From an uncultured Methanosarcinales archaeon (GTDB lineage Archaea; Nanobdellota; Nanobdellia; Woesearchaeales; BS150m-G63), in contig CAZVVW010000007.1 of assembly GCA_964630685.1 (NCBI GenBank), positions 1 to 44,323 of the forward strand: DNA of 44,323 nt. Reading direction: 5' to 3'. The position numbers and the translations under genes are program-made. The notes under the pieces are model-generated. The model did not search any database and had not been told where the DNA came from. It saw only the letters and a list, made by a program, of their open reading frames with translations. Positions 26,254 through 36,128 of the stretch are shown here, piece by piece (positions within the stretch are counted from its first letter, which is position 1; each line of letters opens with the position of its first letter).

Positions 26254-27633
26254 TTAATCCATATCTAGTTTATTTAACCAGTCTTTCAGCACTTTTGTAG
26301 CTATAACATCATCTTCATTATATTCTAGAATTATCTTTTTCCATTTATGTTGATTAGTATTTAACCATAAACTATACCAAAACATAGATTGAGCACCGCC
26401 AGCTTTTGAATCTCTCCATTTGAATCCAAGATACTTGGCTATTGGTTTGATAGAATAAGAATATAATGGCAACACGACACAATGTGTGACTACTTTATGC
26501 AAATCAATCATGTTACTCATTATTTTATTGAATAATTTTTTATTTGCGCCGTATTTTTCTTTTAGTTTTCTCATAGACCTCAATTCATAACTAGTGTAAT
26601 AATAAATCTTAAAATCTCTAATTTTAGCCATAAAATCTAAAAACTCTTTCCACATTTTTTCTTCATCTTTTGGTTTATCTGCCCAAATCCCATAAAATTT
26701 CTCTTTACCTTTTTGCCTAACTAATAATCCATACAAATAATCTATTCCTAATTCAGTTTCTCCTTCAATATCAAAAAATATCTCTGTTTCAACTTCTTCA
26801 AATTCAGGTTTTTTTAGCACAATAACTTTGTTTTCACTTATAGCTTCAGCCTGCCTTTGAAATTTGATCATATTAATTCCATTCAATCTGTCTGTTTTAC
26901 ATTTAGCAATATCTCTTATTGTTTTGATTCCAACCTTGCTCAGTTTTTCTTTGGCTGTTTTACCTAACCTAGGAATCATAGAAATATCTTGTTTTTTAAT
27001 CATATAAGGGATGCAATATTCTCTCCATACACATTCAGCACATTTACTAACATGTGTGGGGCGTATCTTTTTTCCATTTACTATTTTTCTTATTTCACTT
27101 AGGTTGTGATTATATTTTCCAAGCGCTTTTTTTACATCAAAATCTAGAGTTTCATGATTTATGTTTATTACATGACCTTTTTTAGGTAATCTTTTTTGTA
27201 CTTTTTCTAAAAGTAATGAATAAAACATTACTTGCATTTTGTATTCTTCTTTTAATCGTTTTCCAGATTTAATATCTAATGCAACATAATGATAATCACC
27301 AAATTTAGAATCTCCTTTTCTTTTTTCTAACAAATCAGGCCTTCCAAGCATATCTTTTTCTATTAAAACTCCTTGGTAGATTCGTTCGACACCTAATTCC
27401 ATTAATTCTGATGTTTTTTTGAACGCAGCTTTGGTGTCTTTAATTTTTACTTCTTCAAAATTTTGGTCTTTAATTACTTCTTTTTCGTGAGTTACACCAT
27501 CTTCCATTTTTTTCTGTATAAATTCAGAATAAGGCACTCTTTTTTCTTTGTCTCCATGAAGATTGAGGTAAATCTTAGTTGGACATTGCACATAATTGTA
27601 AAAATGTGTTGCTGTTATCATGCTTTTATTCAA
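26254..27633 (-). CDS. TM0106-family RecB-like nuclease with an RNase H-like C-terminal domain
   Basis: YVQCP, GRPDLL, DIKSG, C..C.W...C, FFDIEG, YSIKPIA and YNEDDV motifs. Confidence 0.9.
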   Translation of the reverse strand: MNKSMITATHFYNYVQCPTKIYLNLHGDKEKRVPYSEFIQKKMEDGVTHEKEVIKDQNFEEVKIKDTKAAFKKTSELMELGVERIYQGVLIEKDMLGRPDLLEKRKGDSKFGDYHYVALDIKSGKRLKEEYKMQVMFYSLLLEKVQKRLPKKGHVININHETLDFDVKKALGKYNHNLSEIRKIVNGKKIRPTHVSKCAECVWREYCIPYMIKKQDISMIPRLGKTAKEKLSKVGIKTIRDIAKCKTDRLNGINMIKFQRQAEAISENKVIVLKKPEFEEVETEIFFDIEGETELGIDYLYGLLVRQKGKEKFYGIWADKPKDEEKMWKEFLDFMAKIRDFKIYYYTSYELRSMRKLKEKYGANKKLFNKIMSNMIDLHKVVTHCVVLPLYSYSIKPIAKYLGFKWRDSKAGGAQSMFWYSLWLNTNQHKWKKIILEYNEDDVIATKVLKDWLNKLDMD

Positions 27634-27674
27634 ATAAGGAAAACTATATAAATTCTTCTTACCTTTTTGAAGTT

Positions 27675-27908
27675 ATGGTCGAGACAACAAAAGATTTGAT
27701 TAAAACCATTGTAGATGAGAAAACTAAAGATTTAGAAGACACAATGGATGATCTTCTTGAATGGAAAAGAAAAACAACAGAAAAATTAGAGACTGTTGAC
27801 CAATCACTAAAAGATTTAAAAGAAGATGTTGGTGTTGTTGTAGATTCTTTCTTAAAAAAAGATGAAGTGATTGATGTTAAGACACTTGAACCTAAAAAGA
27901 AAGATTAG
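27675..27908 (+). CDS. Small coiled-coil protein
   Basis: ATG at 27675 downstream of a TATA box; heptad pattern. Confidence 0.7.
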   Translation: MVETTKDLIKTIVDEKTKDLEDTMDDLLEWKRKTTEKLETVDQSLKDLKEDVGVVVDSFLKKDEVIDVKTLEPKKKD

Positions 27909-28058
27909 TTTTTTATTAAATTTTATGATAAATTCTATTATTGTAAGTATTTCCAGGAAAATCAAATGATTTATATCCACAACTATGCTCAACTTGAAGA
28001 ACGCGCAAAAAAACTAAAACAAAAATTAGACGCAACAAGAGAAATACATGTACGCACA

Positions 28059-28186
28059 AAAAAAGAAAACTTTATAGAAAAGACTTCATCTTCACAAATA
28101 ACAATAAGACTTCGCTTTCGCTTGTCTTAAAGCAGAGAATATTTCGTCTTCACAAACATAAAGTTTTCAAAAAAGAAAACTTTATA
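28059..28186. repeat. Duplicated BRE-TATA-like 18-mer with a perfect palindrome upstream of rps19e
   Basis: AAAAAAGAAAACTTTATA at 28059-28076 and 28169-28186; ATAAAGTTTTC-A6-GAAAACTTTAT at 28158-28185. Confidence 0.8.
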
Positions 28187-28239
28187 AAGCACTTCTTATC
28201 TCCAAACTAAATGTTTAGAGGGTTCTAACATAAAATAAA

Positions 28240-29091
28240 ATGGCATCCATATATAACACAAACCCAAACGAGTTGATAGAGAAAGTGGCTGAACAGCTCA
28301 AAAGCTTTGAAGAGATCAAAGCACCTAGCTGGGCTTCTTTTGTTAAAACAGGACATTCCAAAGAAAGACCTCCAGTTGAAAAAGATTGGTGGTATATCAG
28401 ATTTGCAGCTGTATTAAGGTCAATATATAAATTAGGGCCTGTCGGCGTTTCAAAATTAAGAACTAAATATGGTAGTAAAAAAAATAGAGGCGTAAGACCT
28501 TCACATTTCTATAAAGGTTCAGGAAATATTCTAAGGAAAATTCTTCAACAAGGAGAAAAAGCTGGATTATTAAAACAAGTTGAAAAAGGAGTTCATAAAG
28601 GAAGAATTCTTACTCCAAAAGGAAAATCTTTACTAGATAAAACTGCAGCAAGTATACTTAAAAATAAACCAAAAACATCTACAGTTCCCAAACCAAAACT
28701 TGTAGAGAAAGAAAAAACGGAAACTCAACCTAAAGAAGCTGTTAAACCAAAACCAGCTAAGGAAGAAGAATCTAAAAAAGATTCTTCAGCACTTCCAGAA
28801 AAAGGAAGCAAAGAAGAAATGGTTAAAGAAGCAGAACCAAAAAAAGAACAAAAAAGTAAACGAGAAACACCTAAAGAAGCTGTTAAAGAAGAGATCAAAA
28901 AAGATTCAGATTCTAAAAAAATAGCAGAAGTTGAAAAAGAAGTCAAGGAAATTAAAGAAAAAGAATTAAAAAAAGAAAAAAAAGAACCTCAAGAAAAAAC
29001 AAAAAAAGATAAGGATAAAGAAGAAATTAAAAAAGTTGAAGAGTTAGTAAAAGATATTCAAACTAAAGCAATAAAAAAATCAAAAAAATAA
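28240..29091 (+). CDS. rps19e: 30S ribosomal protein S19e with a long K/E-rich C-terminal extension
   Basis: FVKTGHSKERPP..DWWYIR, GPVGVSKLRTKYG and GRILTPKGKSLLD motifs. Confidence 0.97.
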   Translation: MASIYNTNPNELIEKVAEQLKSFEEIKAPSWASFVKTGHSKERPPVEKDWWYIRFAAVLRSIYKLGPVGVSKLRTKYGSKKNRGVRPSHFYKGSGNILRKILQQGEKAGLLKQVEKGVHKGRILTPKGKSLLDKTAASILKNKPKTSTVPKPKLVEKEKTETQPKEAVKPKPAKEEESKKDSSALPEKGSKEEMVKEAEPKKEQKSKRETPKEAVKEEIKKDSDSKKIAEVEKEVKEIKEKELKKEKKEPQEKTKKDKDKEEIKKVEELVKDIQTKAIKKSKK

Positions 29092-29101
29092 TATTAACAA
29101 A

Positions 29102-29275
29102 ATGGCAACATTCACACACTTAAGCAAAAAGAAAAGATTGGCAAAAAAAGGAAGACGAACTAGATGGGCTCCTTTTTGGACAGTTCCAAAAATATATGGA
29201 TTAGGAAGAAGAATCCACCCAGGAAGGCACACTAGCGTAAAAAGATCATGGAGAAGAACTAACACCAAAGCATGA
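29102..29275 (+). CDS. rpl39e: 50S ribosomal protein L39e
   Basis: MATFTHLSKKKRLAKKGRRTRWAPFW...IHP...KRSWRRT; immediately upstream of L31e. Confidence 0.92.
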   Translation: MATFTHLSKKKRLAKKGRRTRWAPFWTVPKIYGLGRRIHPGRHTSVKRSWRRTNTKA

Positions 29276-29928
29276 TGGCAGACGAAAAACCAATCGAAAG
29301 AACATATAATGTTCCATTAAGAAAAGAATTCTTGAAAGTTCCTAAACACAAAAGGGCAAAAAAAGCAGTTACAGCTTTAAAACAATTCTTAGTTAAGCAC
29401 ATGAAATCAGAAAACATTAAAGTGGGTGCTTATGTTAATAAAGAAATATGGAAAAGGGGAATAAAAAGTCCTCCTCACCATGTCAAAGTTAATGTTACTA
29501 AAGATAAAGAAGGGTTGGTAAATGCAGAACTCGTTGGAGCTCCTGTAGAAACACCTAAAGAAGAAAAAGAGACTAAAGAAGCAAAATCTAAAAAAGATTC
29601 TTCAGCACTTTCAAAAAAAGGAAGCAAAGAAGAATCTAAAAAAGATTCTTCAACCAAAGAAGAATCTAAAAAAGATTCTTCAGCACTTCCAGAAAAAGGA
29701 AGCAAAGAAGAATCTAAAAAAGATTCTTCAACCAAAGAAGAATCTAAAAAAGATTCTTCAGCACTTCCAGAAAAAGGAAGCAAAGAAGAATCTAAAAAAG
29801 ATTCTTCAACCAAAGAAGAATCTAAAAAAGATTCTTCAGCACTTCCAGAAAAAGGAAGCAAAGAAGAATCTAAAGAAAAATCACCTAAAGAATCACCAAA
29901 AAAAGATACAGAAAAAAAAGATGAATAA
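29272..29928 (+). CDS. rpl31e: 50S ribosomal protein L31e with a repetitive C-terminal extension
   Basis: ERTYNVPLR, KRAKKAV, KHMK and IWKRGIKSPP motifs. Confidence 0.97.
   Translation: MMADEKPIERTYNVPLRKEFLKVPKHKRAKKAVTALKQFLVKHMKSENIKVGAYVNKEIWKRGIKSPPHHVKVNVTKDKEGLVNAELVGAPVETPKEEKETKEAKSKKDSSALSKKGSKEESKKDSSTKEESKKDSSALPEKGSKEESKKDSSTKEESKKDSSALPEKGSKEESKKDSSTKEESKKDSSALPEKGSKEESKEKSPKESPKKDTEKKDE
29581..29874 (+). repeat. In-frame 78-bp-period tandem array of palindromic units in rpl31e, with one copy in rps19e (28763-28818)
   Basis: Alternating 48-bp and 30-bp units; six begin with the perfect palindrome GAAGAATCT-AAAAA-AGATTCTTC. Confidence 0.95.
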
Positions 29929-29930
29929 AT

Positions 29931-30545
29931 ATGAGTTTTAAAAACTCCGCGTTAACATTGCTAACTTCTCTTTACTTACTTTCTCCAGTAAAAGCTCAGG
30001 ATACATTTAAATTTAGTGCAAACCATTGGTTATTGCCCGACTGTAAAATTGAGTATTATCAAAGTGCAGATAGTAATAGCGTAAATTTAGAATTAGATGA
30101 ATCTTTAAATATTTTTTATTCTCAAACACCTACAGAAGACGGAGTAAAAATAGTGGAAACAATGGAAGATACCTCTGTTTATGATTGGGATAAACAAACA
30201 AAAAACATTCATTGGATGAGAAAAAATGGAGAATCGGGAGACATCCATAATAACCCTTCTGTAAATTCACTCATTGATATTATAGAAAAAGCACTAAACA
30301 ATAATCTTGAACAAGGGACTCACCAAATTTTAGTGGATGAGGCATTTAGAGATATTTATATTAACAAACAAGAAACAGATTCAACAGTAACACTAACAGC
30401 ACCAATAGATTACAACACTTTACCAATAAAAGAGATAAAAGTAGAATTTTATAAAAAAAATAATAAACTAGAACCAAAAGAAATCTTTATAGATTTCCCT
30501 TGGTACCTAACTTTTTTAGATTATAGATTAAAAAGAGAAAATTAA
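29931..30545 (+). CDS. Putative secreted protein
   Basis: Signal-peptide-like N-terminus MSFKNSALTLLTSLYLLSPVKA. Confidence 0.75.
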   Translation: MSFKNSALTLLTSLYLLSPVKAQDTFKFSANHWLLPDCKIEYYQSADSNSVNLELDESLNIFYSQTPTEDGVKIVETMEDTSVYDWDKQTKNIHWMRKNGESGDIHNNPSVNSLIDIIEKALNNNLEQGTHQILVDEAFRDIYINKQETDSTVTLTAPIDYNTLPIKEIKVEFYKKNNKLEPKEIFIDFPWYLTFLDYRLKREN

Positions 30546-30853
30546 AACATTGTTTTTTTCCCGTCATAAAATAAATTTAAAGTCGTCTTTAATTCACCTA
30601 TTTCATCATTACCTTCAAATCCTGAAGAAAAAATATCTGTTGAGTTATTTAATTTATAGGTATTTTTTTCTTTCTCTAACTTGTTTAACTTATAACTTAA
30701 ATCCCTCCTTTCTTCTTCTTTTTTTATTGCTTCGTAATAATTAATAGTAACATCCTCAATACCCTTATAACCCAATTTCCTTTGGAGATTTGAGTCTATA
30801 ATTTCCCCATACCTTCTTAATTCTTCTCTTGCTTGATCTTCTTCATATGTCAT
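30542..30853 (-). CDS. Hypothetical protein
   Basis: 103 aa; GAGGT SD upstream. Confidence 0.7.
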   Translation of the reverse strand: MTYEEDQAREELRRYGEIIDSNLQRKLGYKGIEDVTINYYEAIKKEEERRDLSYKLNKLEKEKNTYKLNNSTDIFSSGFEGNDEIGELKTTLNLFYDGKKTMF

Positions 30854-30939
30854 TTTTATTACCTCAGTTATTATTCTAAACTAACACATCAAACGCATAT
30901 AAATTTAAGTTGTAGCAATTTATATAACTCATAATAGTA

Positions 30940-31362
30940 TTATTTGCCAGCTAAACCGTCTCCATCAATATCTGGCCAGTTTATAGGTTGACTTTTGAAA
31001 TCAAAAACATCCATACAATTATTGTAAAATACCATATTCCCTTCGTTTCTTTCTTTAAGTTCTCTTAAGAATTCGTGGTATGTTGGTTGTCCATGTAGGA
31101 TATCTTCTCTTTGAAATCTGCCCCACACTTCATTACCAGGAACACATGCTTCAATAGTTGGAGCGTTGTAGATTTTTTCAACCTCTGATTTATATGGATC
31201 TGCTTTATCTAAAAGATATCCGCCACCAGCACCAATAGCAACTATTGCTGCTAAAGTGATTGCTCCATCCCTTATTTTTTTCCCAAAACTTTTTTTATTT
31301 TTCTGCCTATTCAAATAAGGCATTGCATCTTGTCCAACTTTAAAATTAGAATATTTTTTCAT
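30940..31362 (-). CDS. Membrane-anchored protein, possibly with a degenerate LysM-like domain
   Basis: TM segment AITLAAIVAIGAGGGYLL; VPGNEVWG...N...INWPD pattern; C-terminal DIDGDG; GGGGGTG SD. Confidence 0.65.
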   Translation of the reverse strand: MKKYSNFKVGQDAMPYLNRQKNKKSFGKKIRDGAITLAAIVAIGAGGGYLLDKADPYKSEVEKIYNAPTIEACVPGNEVWGRFQREDILHGQPTYHEFLRELKERNEGNMVFYNNCMDVFDFKSQPINWPDIDGDGLAGK

Positions 31363-31496
31363 TTTATTACACCCCCTTTCGGTTTGAATATATCCTATTT
31401 AGCACTACTTCTTTATAAATGTTTCGATTATTTACCACCCATAAGTAATGAAAAATAAAAAGGTTTATAAATCCATTCATATTCTCTCTATAAAGT

Positions 31497-32129
31497 ATGA
31501 AAATAGACTATAAAAGCTATAATAATTTTCTTGATATTTTAGCTGAATCCAAGGAAAAAGGGCGAGAATTGGGCTCTTTTGGGCTGTATTTACCCTCTGA
31601 AGATAGGATTTTAACTTCTATCTCATTAGATGAGCTTCCTGCAGATACAATAGAAAAAAGCAATAAAAATCAATTAAAATACAATCAAGATCTCTTAGAT
31701 TTAATCAGCGCATTCAATCAAGGAACAACAGAATATTTCAATCTAGCTCAACATCAATTTAATCAAAAAGATGGAAAAATATTCAGTTATCACACTCACC
31801 CAATAAGCGAGCAAGATATGGTTCCAAGCAAATATGATCGCTCAGAATTGATAAACATGGCAAGTCCATTAGAGTTAGTGATTTCTGCCCAAGCACAGAA
31901 ATACTGGCCTAAAACACCTTTTGTTGCAGGATATCATCAAGATTATTTTCCAGAAAACAAAAAAGATTTTTCAAAAATAACTTTTAATGAGATAAATTCA
32001 ACTGCAAAAAGAATGTGCATTCCAGAAAGTGCTATATGGGAATTAGCTTACTTGAATTATCATACAGGATTATATCCTGTTATTGATTTTGAAATAGAAA
32101 AACCAAAATCAGATCTTATCAAGAAATAA
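31497..32129 (+). CDS. JAB/MPN+-like metalloprotease domain protein
   Basis: N-terminal GRE and YHTHP-x7-PS..D (JAMM motif HxHx7-9SxxD). Confidence 0.7.
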   Translation: MKIDYKSYNNFLDILAESKEKGRELGSFGLYLPSEDRILTSISLDELPADTIEKSNKNQLKYNQDLLDLISAFNQGTTEYFNLAQHQFNQKDGKIFSYHTHPISEQDMVPSKYDRSELINMASPLELVISAQAQKYWPKTPFVAGYHQDYFPENKKDFSKITFNEINSTAKRMCIPESAIWELAYLNYHTGLYPVIDFEIEKPKSDLIKK

Positions 32130-35100
32130 CTCAAAATCTTCCCCTTTTACTTTCTCTTTACTATGATGTTTATGTTTTCTTCCAGGGTTTAATTCAGAAA
32201 TCTTAATATGCTCTGCGCCAACTTTTTCTTTTATTTGGTCTTCCCATTTATTCAACATCTTAACTAAATCTTCATTTGCTTTTACAAATAAAGAAATATT
32301 ATCTTGTTTTCTTAATTCAGCATCTTTCCTTAGAGATTGTACTCTCCTCATAACCTCTCTTGCATAACCTTCTGCTTCTAATTCATCAGTTCTTTCTCCA
32401 TTTAAATAAATTAGCCCTTTTTTAAATTCTCCTTCAGCAAATGGTTTAGGTACTTCTCTTTCCACAATAATATATTCTTTTCTGAGATCAAATTTATCTT
32501 TGCCCACCTTAAGTACATATTTATCTCCTTTTTCTAAATGTCCAAGAATCGTTTCTGCACTTTGTAAAGCTAATTTAGATACAATAATTGGCGTTTTATC
32601 TTTGAAAACTGGTGCTAATTTGGCATAATTTGCTTTGATTTTTCTTTTTACTAAGGGCATATCTTCTTCTACTTTAATTTCTTGAAAATTAAGTTGCGTT
32701 TTTACTATGTCTCCTAACAATTCAACTGCTTTTAAGGTATCTTTCTCTTTACTTACAATTATTGCTTCTTTTATTGGCCACCTTACACCTAAATTAAGTT
32801 TTTCTCTGACTGCTAAACCAGATTGAATTACATTTCCAATAATTTCTATATTTGATTCTAATTTTTTATCAATAGATTTAGAATCATATTCTGGCCAATC
32901 AAATAAATGGATGCTTTCTTCTTTTAGTGTGAATTCATCTCTTAAATTTTGATAAATTTCTTCTGAGATAAAAGGTGCAATAGGTGCAAATAATTTTAAA
33001 ATTCCTAACAAACATTTATACAAAGTATACATTACAACTTCTTTTTCTTCTTTAGATTTGAGGATTTTATCTCTTGTTAATTGGATATATGTTCTACTTA
33101 AATCTAAAAATAATTCTTCTATAATTAATGGAGTTTCATTTAGTTCATATTTTTCAAAAAATTGTGTTGTTTGTTTTATTGTGCTGTTTAATTTTGAAAA
33201 AATGTATCTCTCTTCAACTGATAATGTATTTTTAATTAATATTTCATCAAGATTTTTAGGGTTTTTCTTTAATTCTCTTGATAATTGAATTAAATAATTT
33301 TGAATGTTCCATAACACACCTAAATTTTTGTGTTTTAATTTCATATCATCAAAATTATAATTAACATCTAACCCTGGATTTGCGGCACCAATGAGATAAT
33401 ATCTTAAAGTATCTGCACCATATTTATCAATGACTTCTTGAGGGAGGATATAATTTCCTAAGCTTTTAGACATCTTTCTTCCTTTAGCGTCTTGTACAAA
33501 ACCATGCATATAAACAGATTTATAGCTCGGTTTTTCCATTCCAATCATAGAAGCAACAAATAATAAATTAAACCATCCACGAATTTGATCTTTTCCTTCT
33601 AAAATAAATTCAGCAGGCCATAATTTCTTGAACATATCTCTTTTTTGTGGATAATCTAAGCAAGTCCATGAAGTTGTTCCTGCATCTATCCAAACATCTA
33701 AAATATCTGGAATTCTTTTTTTAATTCCACCGCATTTACATTTTATTGTTAATTTATCTATCCATGGAATATGTAATTCATCAGGTATTTTTTCTACATG
33801 TTTTTTCAATTCTTCTATACTCCCAATTACAGTATAATTTTCACAATCATCACATTTCCAAATAGGAACAGGAGTTCCCCAATATCTTTGTCTAGTAATT
33901 GAATTGTCTCTTAAATTATCTAACCAAGAATCGAATTGTTTGTTTCCAGCCCAATCCGGAACCCATTTTATATTTTTATTGAGCTCCCTCATATTTTCTT
34001 TTAAATCTTCTATCTTGAAAAGCCACTGTTTTGTTGTTCTAAAAATAACTGGTGATTTGCACCTCCAACAATGAGCATAATCGTGTTTGACTTCATTTGC
34101 CCCAATTAATGATCCTTGTTTTTCTAATGCGTCTATGAAGTGTTTATCGTCTTTTTTAGCAAATAATCCTGAAAATTTTCCCATAGTATTTGGAAATTTC
34201 CCTTTATGATCTAAATTATTAAATGCAGGTAATTTATTTTTGTGTCCTACTTCATAATCTTCTGGACCACATCCTGGAGCACAATGAACTAAACCAGAAC
34301 CTGCACTCAAATCAACATATTGATTACTCATAACCACGGTGTGTAATTTATCTGAGTCAATATCTTTAAATGGTTGAATTTCTTTTTCAAAAGGATGATG
34401 ATATTTTAATCCCTCAAGCTCTTTCCCCTTGAATGTTTCAATTATCTTAAATTTTTGATTGGCAACAGAACTAATCAAGATATTTGCTAAATCTTTAGCT
34501 AAAATCCAAGTTTCACCCCTCACTTTTGCTTTAATATATTCAAATTTGGGGTGTGCCATCACAGCCAAATTATAAGGGATTGTCCAAGGAGTTGTTGTCC
34601 ATATGATTAAAAATTCATTTTCACTTCCAACTACTTGTAGTTTTACGAAAATTGAAGTATCTTCTACTTCTTGGTATTCTAATTCGTGTTTTGCTAATGC
34701 TGTTGCACATTCCGCACACCAGTGCATTGTTTTTTTTCCTTCATATAATCTTTTTTTTTCGTGCGCTTTCTTCACCAACCACCAGCACCCTTCAATAAAG
34801 CTATTTTCTATGGTTTGGTAAGCATTTTCAAAATCCATCCAAACCCCTAATCTTGAGAAGTCCTTATTCATTATTTTCATATTATCTGTTGAGAACTTCT
34901 TACACTCTTTGATAAATTTAGCAATTCCAAATTTTTGGATATCTTCTTTATCTTTTAATTTATGTTTAGCTTGGATTTTATGAGCTGTAGGCAATCCATG
35001 CATGTCATAACCTGCACGATCCCATACATTAAGACCTTTCATTCTTTTATATCTTAGAATTGCATCTTTTAGTGATTTATTCCATGCGGTACCTATATGT

Positions 35101-35246
35101 ACTTTTCCGCTTGTATATGGAGGACCATCTAAGAAGTAATAATCTTTTTTGCCTTTGTTTTTAGTCTTGGCTTTCTTGTAAACTTCTCTTTTTTCCCAAA
35201 ACTTCAAAGTTGTTTCTTCTATCTTTTGTGCATCATAACTTTTCAT
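32109..35246 (-). CDS. ileS: Isoleucine--tRNA ligase
   Basis: DGPPY..G..HIG, WTTTPWT, GSGLVHCAPG, TRQRYWG, EGKDQIRGWF and KMSKS motifs. Confidence 0.98.
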   Translation of the reverse strand: MKSYDAQKIEETTLKFWEKREVYKKAKTKNKGKKDYYFLDGPPYTSGKVHIGTAWNKSLKDAILRYKRMKGLNVWDRAGYDMHGLPTAHKIQAKHKLKDKEDIQKFGIAKFIKECKKFSTDNMKIMNKDFSRLGVWMDFENAYQTIENSFIEGCWWLVKKAHEKKRLYEGKKTMHWCAECATALAKHELEYQEVEDTSIFVKLQVVGSENEFLIIWTTTPWTIPYNLAVMAHPKFEYIKAKVRGETWILAKDLANILISSVANQKFKIIETFKGKELEGLKYHHPFEKEIQPFKDIDSDKLHTVVMSNQYVDLSAGSGLVHCAPGCGPEDYEVGHKNKLPAFNNLDHKGKFPNTMGKFSGLFAKKDDKHFIDALEKQGSLIGANEVKHDYAHCWRCKSPVIFRTTKQWLFKIEDLKENMRELNKNIKWVPDWAGNKQFDSWLDNLRDNSITRQRYWGTPVPIWKCDDCENYTVIGSIEELKKHVEKIPDELHIPWIDKLTIKCKCGGIKKRIPDILDVWIDAGTTSWTCLDYPQKRDMFKKLWPAEFILEGKDQIRGWFNLLFVASMIGMEKPSYKSVYMHGFVQDAKGRKMSKSLGNYILPQEVIDKYGADTLRYYLIGAANPGLDVNYNFDDMKLKHKNLGVLWNIQNYLIQLSRELKKNPKNLDEILIKNTLSVEERYIFSKLNSTIKQTTQFFEKYELNETPLIIEELFLDLSRTYIQLTRDKILKSKEEKEVVMYTLYKCLLGILKLFAPIAPFISEEIYQNLRDEFTLKEESIHLFDWPEYDSKSIDKKLESNIEIIGNVIQSGLAVREKLNLGVRWPIKEAIIVSKEKDTLKAVELLGDIVKTQLNFQEIKVEEDMPLVKRKIKANYAKLAPVFKDKTPIIVSKLALQSAETILGHLEKGDKYVLKVGKDKFDLRKEYIIVEREVPKPFAEGEFKKGLIYLNGERTDELEAEGYAREVMRRVQSLRKDAELRKQDNISLFVKANEDLVKMLNKWEDQIKEKVGAEHIKISELNPGRKHKHHSKEKVKGEDFELFLDKI

Positions 35247-35339
35247 AACTCCATTTAGATGAGTTTTTATTTATAAAAGTTGTTGTTTGAGGTGGTTTAA
35301 ACCAAAACATTAAAGAATCCTGATAGTCTTAGTTTGTAT

Positions 35340-35642
35340 ATGAAGGTTTTATTTATTTGTAATCAAAGTATTGATAGAAGTCCTACAGCTGAAGAGATTT
35401 TTGGATTGAAACATGAAACCAAATCTGCTGGAATTTATTCTGAAGCTAAACCTGTTACTTCTGAACTTTTGGAATGGGCTGAATTGGTTTTTGTGATGGA
35501 ACAACATCAAAGAAAATGGATTAGTGAGCGCTTTCCAAAAGAATATCTTAAGAAAAAGATATTGTGTTTAGAGATTCCTGATGTTTATGGTCGTGGACAA
35601 GAAGAATTAAAGAAAGAGTTAATTAAGAAAGTCAAGATTTAG
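35340..35642 (+). CDS. Low-molecular-weight protein-tyrosine-phosphatase-like protein
   Basis: VLFICNQSIDRSPTAE (CX5R) and IPDVY motifs. Confidence 0.9.
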   Translation: MKVLFICNQSIDRSPTAEEIFGLKHETKSAGIYSEAKPVTSELLEWAELVFVMEQHQRKWISERFPKEYLKKKILCLEIPDVYGRGQEELKKELIKKVKI

Positions 35643-35669
35643 TAGTTATTTTTTATATATATTTTTTCT

Positions 35670-36128
35670 ATGTCCAACAAGTGTTATGATCATGGTTTGT
35701 TGTTTAAGGGATTGATAGATGCTGTGTTTAAAGATGGTGAGAGGTACTTGATTGTTGACTGGAAAACTAATTGGAGTGAAAAGTATGCTTCGAGTCATAG
35801 GCAACAGTTGGAAGTGTATAAGAAATTATTTTCTGTTTCTGAGAATGTTCCTCTTGAGAATATTTGGGTAGCTATTGGTTATGTTGGGTTGAAAAAGATG
35901 GTGCATGATGGAAAGATTAGATATAAATTAGATAGCACTCCTCCTGCTAAGTCTGCTTTTGGTACTGCAATGAAAAGGGTTGAGTTATTGTTGTCTTGGC
36001 GGGCAGATGTGGATAAGTTCTTCCAAGACTTAAAGAGGGCCAGAGAAGATGATCCTTTGAAGAGAGCTATCTTGGAACAATATGATGGGGAGAAGAAAGC
36101 TGAGAAAGCTAAAGATGAATCAAAATAA
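35670..36128 (+). CDS. PD-(D/E)XK nuclease domain, probably N-terminally truncated
   Basis: FKGLIDAV...IVDWKT...QQLEVY; motif II begins about 12 residues after the start. Confidence 0.75.
   Translation: MSNKCYDHGLLFKGLIDAVFKDGERYLIVDWKTNWSEKYASSHRQQLEVYKKLFSVSENVPLENIWVAIGYVGLKKMVHDGKIRYKLDSTPPAKSAFGTAMKRVELLLSWRADVDKFFQDLKRAREDDPLKRAILEQYDGEKKAEKAKDESK

Noticed and set aside
26254..27633. Cas4 or CRISPR adaptation gene
   Set aside because: The domain layout, with an RNase H-like C-terminus, fits the TM0106 family, and there is no cas1, cas2 or array.
29475..29861. Antisense ORFs in the track (for example 29475-29861, 28725-28946, 1282-1707, 38023-39858, 43676-43879)
   Set aside because: They are shadows of well-supported genes on the other strand or frame; the 29475 ORF stays open because of the palindromic repeat.
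29581..29874. CRISPR array (palindromic repeats at regular spacing)
   Set aside because: The intervening sequences are themselves repeated and only 7 or 25 nt long, the array is in frame inside rpl31e, and there are no cas genes.
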